Shown: positions 1 to 6,861 of the stretch, piece after piece | Layout of the letters: every line of letters starts with the position of its first letter | How positions within the stretch are numbered: the first letter of the stretch is position 1 | Source: an uncultured bacterium | Lineage (GTDB): Bacteria > Abyssobacteria > SURF-5 | NCBI GenBank assembly: GCA_964510165.1 | Contig: CAZEBC010000088.1 | Location: 1-15,943 of the forward strand | Direction of reading: 5' to 3' | Length of the DNA stretch: 15,943 nt | Notes under the pieces: model-generated | Told to the model about the DNA's origin: nothing | The model's database searches: none | Seen by the model: the letters and a program-made list of their open reading frames with translations, nothing else | Translations under genes and position numbers: made by a program

Positions 1-28
1 CAATTTGAATGGAGTCGCCGCCAGCCTA

Positions 29-57
29 TTGACAAAACGAATTAAAAAACATATAAT
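29..57 (+). promoter_or_regulatory. sigma70-type promoter of the FHA gene
   Basis: TTGACA (29-34), 17-bp spacer, TATAAT (52-57): perfect consensus, 48 nt upstream of the ATG at 106. Confidence 0.8.
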
Positions 58-105
58 ATCGAACAAAAGCGTTATGACGAGCGCCGACCGGTCCCGAGAA
101 CGTCA

Positions 106-615
106 ATGAAAATTGTCGTCGAAAAAGGCATTGGACGCCCGGCCGAATTCAGACTTCATGACGGGATTAACACCGTGGGCAGGGATTTGTCCAACAGAAT
201 CAGGGTAATGGACCTCGGGGTCTCGCGCAAGCACTGCAAGATTCGGAAAATCGGCAGTTCGTTGTTCCTGCTCGACCTGGGCACAAAGAACGGCACCCAG
301 GTGAACGGTTCGCGGGTGAAAACCCAGGAACTCAGGGTGGGCGACAGGGTCAAGGTCGGTCGCACCGTCCTTCTGGTAACTGAGGACGATTACATTCCTC
401 CCATTCCTCTGCTTGCATCAACTCCTCTCTCGTTTCTGCGACGAGTCAGCCAGTTGCTTTCGGGAAAAGCCGAACTCGCGGATTCCGCCGCCAGCGAATT
501 TCCCTTGTTTTTCCGAAGGCGCAGAAAAGCCTTCTGGCGTCTGCCCGTGGACACCGACCCGCCCGAGGCTGAATGCGAGACGGTCATCTCTCACTCCGAT
601 CCCGGGGTTGAATGA
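106..615 (+). CDS. FHA domain-containing protein
   Basis: The N-terminal ~95 aa carry FHA signatures (TVGR, VSRKH, GTKNGT, LRVGDRVKVG). The C-terminal part is unassigned. No clear Shine-Dalgarno (SD). Confidence 0.85.
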   Translation: MKIVVEKGIGRPAEFRLHDGINTVGRDLSNRIRVMDLGVSRKHCKIRKIGSSLFLLDLGTKNGTQVNGSRVKTQELRVGDRVKVGRTVLLVTEDDYIPPIPLLASTPLSFLRRVSQLLSGKAELADSAASEFPLFFRRRRKAFWRLPVDTDPPEAECETVISHSDPGVE

Positions 616-649
616 GCAGAATTAATTCACTTGCCACATTGGTCGCTAG

Positions 650-682
650 ATTGGGGACACCCTAATTTATGGTGTCCCCGAT
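650..682. repeat. Intergenic palindrome, GGGGACA/TGTCCCC family, copy 1
   Basis: GGGGACACC (653-661) and GGTGTCCCC (671-679) with a 9-nt loop. Same arms as the copies at 5029-5071 and 14680-14731. Confidence 0.75.
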
Positions 683-694
683 TCAGCACATGAC

Positions 695-723
695 TTGACT
701 ATTGTGCGCATCTTTCGTATCAT
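695..723 (+). promoter_or_regulatory. sigma70-type promoter of the lipoprotein gene
   Basis: TTGACT (695-700), 17 bp, TATCAT (718-723). The predicted TSS falls at or next to the ATG at 731. Confidence 0.6.
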
Positions 724-730
724 TAGGGTC

Positions 731-1213
731 ATGACAATCGCGCCTCAAATTATCCACAGATCCGCTCTCCACCGTCAGGCGGCGATGTGGACCGTCATGC
801 TTCTGTCGGCTTCTCTTATCCTCTCATGCGCTGCCGCGCCCAAGTACCCGGCTCCTCAGCCGCCGATAACCGATACGCTTTCTGTCGGTTTCAAGGAAGC
901 GTTTCAGGCAAGCCATGAGGCTCTGAGGAAAGATGAGCGACTCGTGGTGCATACGGTGGACAATGCGGGCCGGTTCATCGCGTGGGAGAAGACCAGCGGG
1001 ATCATATTCTTCCAGCACAGGACCGTTCTCGACATCCGCCTCGAACCCCTGGACAAGGACAAGACCAAAATCACCATCCTCTTGAGCGCGGAAGAATATG
1101 ACTGGGGTGGTTTGACGCTCGCAGCCGGCTGGTATCCCTCCTCCAAAGTGGACACCTTCCTGGGCGAGGACATCTTGAAATTGATCAAGACGCGCGTCGA
1201 GGCATCGGCATAG
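731..1213 (+). CDS. Hypothetical lipoprotein
   Basis: Hydrophobic stretch ending in a lipobox-like LILS-C, then a Pro-rich linker and a compact domain. The ORF-track TTG start at 695 is the -35 box, so ATG 731 is preferred (ATG 785 is an alternative). Confidence 0.7.
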   Translation: MTIAPQIIHRSALHRQAAMWTVMLLSASLILSCAAAPKYPAPQPPITDTLSVGFKEAFQASHEALRKDERLVVHTVDNAGRFIAWEKTSGIIFFQHRTVLDIRLEPLDKDKTKITILLSAEEYDWGGLTLAAGWYPSSKVDTFLGEDILKLIKTRVEASA

Positions 1214-1235
1214 GGCGCACGCCGTGCGCCCCTAC
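1211..1235 (-). repeat. GTAG-type REP-like palindrome between convergent genes; possible bidirectional terminator
   Basis: Minus strand reads GTAG-GGGCGCAC-GGC-GTGCGCCC-TA: a GTAG tetranucleotide followed by an 8-bp GC-rich stem. Confidence 0.65.
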
Positions 1236-2371
1236 ATTTCTTTGCGCCGTGCGCTTCCGTGCTGTTTCGCTCTCGCCTCTTTACTGAAACATTGAAGTCC
1301 CTCATTTGGCGTAAGCGCGAGGCACCGATTGCACGAGACGCATTTGGCGGGCGAAATGTCTCCCTCGCGCCAGCGTTTGAGCAGATGCGGCTCGCGAATG
1401 AACGGCCTGCACAGAGAAATCATGTCGGCCTTGCCTTCACGTATTATCCTGCGGGCCGTCTCGAGGGTGCGAATGCCGCCGACCGTGATGATGGGGACAT
1501 CGGCGACCTCTTTGTACTTTTCGGCGTATGGCAGGAAATATGCTTCGGGCCGTCTGCGCGGAACGCCTTTCTGGATGGATTTGCCTTCTTCTGTCTCGGT
1601 ATCCCACGCTCCGCCGCTGATCTCGATGGCGTCAATACCCATCTCGGCCAGTTGCCCGGCAACCCAGAGCGATTCCTCCAGCTCGAGTCCGCCCTCGACA
1701 AAGTCGGAGCAATTCAGCTTGATGAGGACGGGATAGTCGGCGCGGACGCTCTCGCGAATGCGCCGGTACACCTCGAACAGCGTCTTGGCGCGTCCGCTGA
1801 TATCACCGCCGTATTCGTCGCTCCTCAGGTTCGTGTTTCGGGCGAGGAACTGATTGAGCAGGTATCCATGCGCGCAATGAATCTGTACGGCGTCAAAGCC
1901 CGCCGTCTTCGCCCTGACGGCGGCCCTGGCGAAGTCTTCGATCAGTTCCTCGATTTCAGCCTTCGTAAGCTCGCGCGGGACCAGCCCCAGCTTGCGGGTC
2001 GGCACGGGTGACGGCGCCACCAGGTCGCCGCGCGCGAGCGCGGGAACCGTCTGTCGCCCGCAATGAACGATTTGCTGGGCTATTTTGGCGCCATGTGCGT
2101 GAACGGCTTGAACGAGTCGGGTCAATCCCTGAATGTGCTCATCCGAGAAGATGCCGAGCATCCCCGGCCCGCCTCGGCCGTTGCGCTGGACGTACGCGTA
2201 GCCGACGACTATCAGACCGATGTCGCCCCGCGCCAGTTCCTCGTACAGCGCCACCAGCCTGTCGGTCACGCCCCCGTTCTCATCGGCCAGACCCTCATAC
2301 GTTGCCGACCGGACAAAACGATTCGCCAGGCGTAACCCGTTGATTACAGTTGGGTCGAATACATCAGGCAT
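1232..2371 (-). CDS. NADH:flavin oxidoreductase (old yellow enzyme family)
   Basis: Motifs LANRFVRSAT, QIVHCGRQ, AGFDAVQIHCAHGYLL, NLRSDEYGG and VGGIR. C-terminal CVSCNRC..C cysteine cluster. Confidence 0.92.
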   Translation of the reverse strand: MPDVFDPTVINGLRLANRFVRSATYEGLADENGGVTDRLVALYEELARGDIGLIVVGYAYVQRNGRGGPGMLGIFSDEHIQGLTRLVQAVHAHGAKIAQQIVHCGRQTVPALARGDLVAPSPVPTRKLGLVPRELTKAEIEELIEDFARAAVRAKTAGFDAVQIHCAHGYLLNQFLARNTNLRSDEYGGDISGRAKTLFEVYRRIRESVRADYPVLIKLNCSDFVEGGLELEESLWVAGQLAEMGIDAIEISGGAWDTETEEGKSIQKGVPRRRPEAYFLPYAEKYKEVADVPIITVGGIRTLETARRIIREGKADMISLCRPFIREPHLLKRWREGDISPAKCVSCNRCLALTPNEGLQCFSKEARAKQHGSARRKEM

Positions 2372-2429
2372 GGGTATATTTGTTCTCTATAATCTACGAA
2401 TGTGAGCGTGAGAATGCCGTGCCCCGCAG

Positions 2430-4871
2430 CTACTTCTTCTCCGCCTCGCCGTTGCCCTGGTATTTCTTGAGGCCTTCGGACAGCTTTTCGAGGCGCTCGA
2501 CCACGAGGTGATTCAGCGTTCCCTTCGGATATTTGCCGGTCTTGGTGCGCTTGCCGCATTTGAGGCCGGTCAGGACTTCGAGTCCTTCATCGACCGTGCC
2601 GACGGCGTAGATGTGGAACCTGGCTTTGCGGACCGCCTCGACGATCTCCTTGCTCAACATCAAATCGCCCACGTTGAGTTTCGGGATCAGAACGCCCTCG
2701 ACTCCCTTGAGGCCTCGCGCCTTGCACACCTTGAAGAAGCCCTCGATCTTCTCGTTCACGCCGCCGATGGGCTGCACGTTGCCCTTCTGGTCAATCGAGC
2801 CGGTAACCGCGAGGTTCTGGTTCAGAGGAACCTCTGCCAGACTGGAGAGCAGCGCATAGAGTTCGGCGGTGGATGCGCTGTCGCCGTCAATCTCGGTGTA
2901 TGACTGCTCGAAGCAGATGCTCGCGCTCAGCGTGAGCGGCTTGTCCTGCGCGTACTTTGCCCGAAGATACCCGCTCATGATAAGCATTCCCTTGTCGTGG
3001 GTGCTGCCGCTCATCTTCGACTCGCGCTCGATGCTGATGATGCCCGCGCGCCCCATCGAGGTTTCGGCTGTGATGCGAACCGGCTTGCCGAAGACATGGT
3101 CGCCCGTGTGATAGACGGCGAGGCCGTTGACCTGTCCGATCTTCTTGCCTTCCGTCTCGATGCGAATTCTGCCGTCGTCAATAAACTCCTTGATGATGAG
3201 CTCGACCTGGTTGACCCGCTCGATACGCTCATCAATTGCCTTCTCGACATGTCGCGCGGTCACGCATTCTGAGCCCTCTCTTCCCGCCAGATAGCTCGCC
3301 TCGCGGATGACGTCGGCCACCTCGCTGAAGCGGGTAGTCATCTTGTTTTGGCGGCCGGCCTGCTCGACTCCGAATTCGACGATGGCGGCCATCCCTTCGG
3401 GATCGAGGTGGAACAGTTTCTCGCGGTTGCAAAGGCCGTTCACGAAGTTCACGTAGTCGCGTATGTGCTTCGGGGTCCTGTCCATCTCGGGAGCGAAGTC
3501 GGACTTGATCTTGAACACCTTCCGGAAATCCTCGTCCACGGCGTACAGCAGCCGGTAAAGGTAGTAGTCGCCGACGAGCACTATTTTCAGGTTGATCCCG
3601 ACAGGCTCCGGCTTCATGCCGGAAACCGACATGAAGGGGAAGATGCCGGCGCTCGGGATTTCCACCACTTTGCTGATCAGCGTCCGCTTCAGCGTCTTCC
3701 AGACATAAGGCTCGGAAAGCGCATCCATCGCGTTGAACACGAGGTAGCCGCCGTCGGCGCGGAGGATCGAGCCGGCCTTGATCCGCATGTGATTTGTTTC
3801 CGGCTCGCCGGTGCGCGAGAACGACGTCTCGATCGTTCCAAACAGGTTGTGGAACGTTGGCGAATTCTCGATGATGATCGGAACGCCTTTGGTCTCTGAA
3901 TTGTCCACGATGACGTTGACCTCGTACTCAAGGAACGGGTCTTCGACGCGGATGGCGGGCATTCCCGGCACCGGCGTGTATTCAACGGGACCTCGCTTGA
4001 ACCTTTCGATATCCGACAGCACGCTGTCCTTCACTTCCTCCAAATACGAGGCGACCTTGGGCACGTCATATCTGGCCTTGAGAGTCTCGATGAACCCGTC
4101 AACCACGAAGAGCGCGTAGCCGCGGTCGAGCTGCTCGAGTTTTGCCTGGACTTCCTTACCGAGAAGCGCCACTTCTTTGACCTTCTCCTGCAAGTCCTTG
4201 TCGTACTTGAGATACTTCTCCTTGAACTTTTCGAGGTCCACTCCCTCGATCTTGCCGGAATTCACGAGACCCACATAGTCATCCACCGAGACCGGTTTGC
4301 CGTCAACCACCGGAGCGACGCCTGCGCGCGTGAGCGTGCCCATCTTCATCTGGATAAGCGCGAAGCCTTCCTTTTCCAGCATCTCCTGGAAAGGTTTGAA
4401 CACTTCCTCCTCTTTCTCTCTGACCATAGAGAGGATTTCTTCACGGCTCTCCTGGTAGCTCTCGCTTTCGAATACCTTGGGGATGTTTGTCTTAAGCGCG
4501 TTAAGGAGGTCCTCCATATCCTTCTTGAACTGCTTTCCCTTGCCGGCAGGCAACTCTATCATGCGGGGCATGTCGGGTATCTTGAAGTTATGGACGTAGC
4601 ACTTGTCGTTCGGTCTCGAATTCGTTACCTTCAGCTTTTCGAGGATGAACCTGACCGTGGTCATCTTGCCTGTTCCGCCCAGGCCGGCCACGTACACATT
4701 GAAGCCGGGACTGTGAATCGAAAGACCGGTCTCCATCGCCTTGAGCGCTTTTTCCTGGCCGATTATTTCGGTCTTCTCCTTCAGGTCGGCGGTGGTCTTG
4801 AACTGAAACAGTCTGGGATCGCACCGCCACCGGAGTTGTTCCGGCTTCAACTCAAGAGTCTTCTTGGCCAT
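2430..4871 (-). CDS. Lon-like (LonC-type, peptidase S16) protease with AAA-like domain and coiled-coil insertion
   Basis: IIGQEKA, Walker A-like GLGGTGKMT, IKAGSILRADGGYL, catalytic Ser in DGDSAS and Lys in IGGVNEKIEGF. SD GGGAGG upstream. Confidence 0.9.
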   Translation of the reverse strand: MAKKTLELKPEQLRWRCDPRLFQFKTTADLKEKTEIIGQEKALKAMETGLSIHSPGFNVYVAGLGGTGKMTTVRFILEKLKVTNSRPNDKCYVHNFKIPDMPRMIELPAGKGKQFKKDMEDLLNALKTNIPKVFESESYQESREEILSMVREKEEEVFKPFQEMLEKEGFALIQMKMGTLTRAGVAPVVDGKPVSVDDYVGLVNSGKIEGVDLEKFKEKYLKYDKDLQEKVKEVALLGKEVQAKLEQLDRGYALFVVDGFIETLKARYDVPKVASYLEEVKDSVLSDIERFKRGPVEYTPVPGMPAIRVEDPFLEYEVNVIVDNSETKGVPIIIENSPTFHNLFGTIETSFSRTGEPETNHMRIKAGSILRADGGYLVFNAMDALSEPYVWKTLKRTLISKVVEIPSAGIFPFMSVSGMKPEPVGINLKIVLVGDYYLYRLLYAVDEDFRKVFKIKSDFAPEMDRTPKHIRDYVNFVNGLCNREKLFHLDPEGMAAIVEFGVEQAGRQNKMTTRFSEVADVIREASYLAGREGSECVTARHVEKAIDERIERVNQVELIIKEFIDDGRIRIETEGKKIGQVNGLAVYHTGDHVFGKPVRITAETSMGRAGIISIERESKMSGSTHDKGMLIMSGYLRAKYAQDKPLTLSASICFEQSYTEIDGDSASTAELYALLSSLAEVPLNQNLAVTGSIDQKGNVQPIGGVNEKIEGFFKVCKARGLKGVEGVLIPKLNVGDLMLSKEIVEAVRKARFHIYAVGTVDEGLEVLTGLKCGKRTKTGKYPKGTLNHLVVERLEKLSEGLKKYQGNGEAEKK

Positions 4872-4974
4872 GGTCTGAAAGTACCTCCCGTCGAGTGGAA
4901 GCGAAAGATATTGAAGATCGCTTTGCTTGCGTAAATCATTTTATTCACACAAAATCACCAACGAATGCGGTCAC

Positions 4975-5003
4975 ATTCTACTTGACAACCGTCCCGGAGT
5001 CAA
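4975..5003 (-). promoter_or_regulatory. sigma70-type promoter for the Lon-like/OYE genes
   Basis: Minus strand TTGACT (5003-4998), 17 bp, TAGAAT (4980-4975). Confidence 0.65.
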
Positions 5004-5028
5004 GCAGGGGCCACATAGGTACACATAG

Positions 5029-5071
5029 GTTGTATTGGGGACACCGTGCGACATGGTGTCCCCAATATAAC
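5029..5071. repeat. Intergenic palindrome, GGGGACA/TGTCCCC family, copy 2
   Basis: TATTGGGGACACC (5033-5045) and GGTGTCCCCAATA (5055-5067): 13-bp perfect arms, extendable with a G-T pair. Confidence 0.8.
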
Positions 5072-5112
5072 TTCCGATTACGGCTTTGCGGTTGTCTACG
5101 CTGACCGTTGCC

Positions 5113-5153
5113 AAAAGGAGAGAAGGCTGGGCGCCACCCCTAACGCCCAGCCT
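5113..5153 (-). terminator. Rho-independent terminator downstream of the HAO-like gene and candidate sRNA
   Basis: 10-bp stem AGGCTGGGCG/CGCCCAGCCT (5124-5133/5144-5153), followed on the minus strand by TCTCTCCTTTT. Confidence 0.65.
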
Positions 5154-5189
5154 GATGAGGAAGAGGCACAACCCTATGGGTTGCACGTT
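5113..5189 (-). ncRNA. Candidate small regulatory RNA (~77 nt)
   Basis: Upstream extended -10 TGTTATAAT (5204-5196), a 5' hairpin (5166-5186), single-stranded CUCUUCCUCAUC, then a terminator. No ORF. Confidence 0.4.
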
Positions 5190-5195
5190 GGGCCA

Positions 5196-5224
5196 ATTAT
5201 AACACACGCCTGAGCGAAAATCCA
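5196..5224 (-). promoter_or_regulatory. Putative extended -10 promoter in the 3' region of the HAO-like gene
   Basis: TGGATT (5224-5219), 17 bp, TATAAT (5201-5196) with a TGn extension. Confidence 0.5.
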
Positions 5225-5242
5225 GCCGTTCCGAAGAAGGGC

Positions 5243-6601
5243 CTATTCTTGCGGTTCGGCGGCGCGCTTGTAGCGCTGCTTGTAGAACTCCTTGATGCGC
5301 TCCCGCTCCTCGGCGCCCAATCCCTTGGTCCACTTGTGGAATTCGCTGTCCATGAATGGCTTGGTCACGCCCGGAAGCAGATGTTCGGCCTCCGGTATGA
5401 ACTCGATGTAGAACCTGTGGGCGACCTCATAGAAGCCATGCCACTGCGTGTAGTCGGGTCCCATCATCGAGGCGCCGTGGCGGGCGCGTCGTCCCTCATG
5501 ATGCCAGAGGAAGAAGTAGGTCCAGTCGATTTCCTCGTCGAATGGAGTCGCGTTGATCTTGCCCGCTTCCTTGAGTTTCGTCATTATCGCTTTCGCGGGC
5601 TTTGCGAATTTCTCGTTGTAGAGTTCCACCACGTCGTCATACTGCTTGTAGAAACCGTCGACGAAGCCGGGGCCATGGCACGTCGAGCACACTTTCTTCA
5701 TGGTTCCGCGACGCTGCTCCCAGTTTTCCAGCTTGAACGAGACCTCGGGCCGGAGCGTCCAACTGATTCTCTGCCCGACATCATGCGTGAGCGGAAGCTC
5801 TCTTGTCGCGCCCATGTGGCAGGTGGAGCACGTCGGCGCCGCATCGTAATCCACGCCGAGCACCCAACTGTCGCTCGAGAGATTCATCCTGTCGATCAAG
5901 GCGCGGAACGCGATGCCGTGTTTGGACTCCATGTACACTTCGTATTGCGGATGATCGGGTCCGAGGTGGCACTTGCCGCAGTTCTCGGGTTGGCGCGCGA
6001 GCATAGACGAGAAAGAGTGGCGCGAGTGGCACGCGCTGCACGAACCTTTGCTCCCATCGGGGTTGATCCTGCCGATGCCCGTGTTCGGCCAGGTGGTTGG
6101 GTCAAGTTTTCCGTCGCCGATCACCTTTACTTCTGAGCCGTGACACTGCTTGCAGCCGGCGTTGGCCACAGGCTCGCCCTCAACGACTTCACCGAGCACG
6201 TTGTCGAGAGAGCCTAGTATTTGACCCCCTCGCGCATGATGGCTCCCGTCAAACTCCTGCGCCTCCGTCGGGTGACACTGTGCGCAATCCTTGGGTGACA
6301 CGATGACTGAGATCGTTGCATCATAATGCTCGAACGCATCGAGGTCCTTCGCATCCGCGCGGTGACACTCATGGCATCCGATTCCATTCTTCGCATGCGC
6401 GCTTTCAATCCACTGGCCGATCACCGCCGAAGCTACATGGCTCGCCTCATGACACAGGATACACTTTTTCGTTTCCTCCGACTGCTGCATGATGAGGTCG
6501 GCCTCCGCCGCTTCCCTCGCGGAAATAGCCGAGGACGCGATAGAGAATACAAACAAGAACGCTGCTGCACTTCCAACCAATCTGCGCGCTACACGTGACA
6601 T
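5243..6601 (-). CDS. Octaheme cytochrome c, hydroxylamine oxidoreductase (HAO) family
   Basis: Sec-type signal peptide and eight CxxCH motifs (CILCH, CHECH, CAQCH, CKQCH, CSACH, CGKCH, CSTCH, CSTCH). Also CHLGPDHPQYE..ESKHG and RHGASMMGPDYTQWHG. Start moved from 6616 to ATG 6601 because AAGGAGG lies just upstream of it. Confidence 0.9.
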   Translation of the reverse strand: MSRVARRLVGSAAAFLFVFSIASSAISAREAAEADLIMQQSEETKKCILCHEASHVASAVIGQWIESAHAKNGIGCHECHRADAKDLDAFEHYDATISVIVSPKDCAQCHPTEAQEFDGSHHARGGQILGSLDNVLGEVVEGEPVANAGCKQCHGSEVKVIGDGKLDPTTWPNTGIGRINPDGSKGSCSACHSRHSFSSMLARQPENCGKCHLGPDHPQYEVYMESKHGIAFRALIDRMNLSSDSWVLGVDYDAAPTCSTCHMGATRELPLTHDVGQRISWTLRPEVSFKLENWEQRRGTMKKVCSTCHGPGFVDGFYKQYDDVVELYNEKFAKPAKAIMTKLKEAGKINATPFDEEIDWTYFFLWHHEGRRARHGASMMGPDYTQWHGFYEVAHRFYIEFIPEAEHLLPGVTKPFMDSEFHKWTKGLGAEERERIKEFYKQRYKRAAEPQE

Positions 6602-6667
6602 CGCTGCCTCCTTCATTCATCCATTCATCCTGTTTCCGCTCCGAACTCGAACACAAGGGTTGCCACA

Positions 6668-6696
6668 ATTATAGCCATGTTTTCCCCCTTCGTAAA
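6668..6696 (-). promoter_or_regulatory. Putative sigma70 promoter of the HAO-like gene
   Basis: Minus strand TTTACG (6696-6691), 17 bp, TATAAT (6673-6668). Confidence 0.55.
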
Positions 6697-6798
6697 TGAC
6701 AAATGTTCCAAATCGTCCGCCTGAAAGATAAGTGGCGGAGTCACGAGATCTCTTTCGAGAGCCGGATGTCGGGCTTGACAGGAGGAGAAAAACAATTT

Positions 6799-6846
6799 TT
6801 TCAAGATAATGTGGCATAGACACTTGACAGCTACCATATATCGTGG
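6799..6846. promoter_or_regulatory. Tandem NrdR-box-like motifs
   Basis: Reverse complements CCACATTATCTTGAAA (6799-6814) and CCACGATATATGGTAG (6831-6846) resemble acaCwAtATaTwGtgt. Their starts are 32 bp apart. Confidence 0.5.
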
Positions 6847-6852
6847 TATAAT
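6824..6852 (+). promoter_or_regulatory. Perfect consensus sigma70 promoter of the lysine-rich mini-gene
   Basis: TTGACA (6824-6829), 17 bp, TATAAT (6847-6852) with a TGn extension. TSS predicted at ~6860. Confidence 0.85.
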
Positions 6853-6861
6853 TCTTCTTGA

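Noticed and set aside
60-73. LexA (GAAC-N4-GTTC) box after the FHA promoter
   Set aside because: Only the left half-site CGAAC matches.
6625-6678. 17-aa leader peptide MAIIVATLVFEFGAETG upstream of the HAO-like gene
   Set aside because: Its SD and ATG lie inside the predicted promoter spacer (6674-6690), so they would not be transcribed from that promoter.
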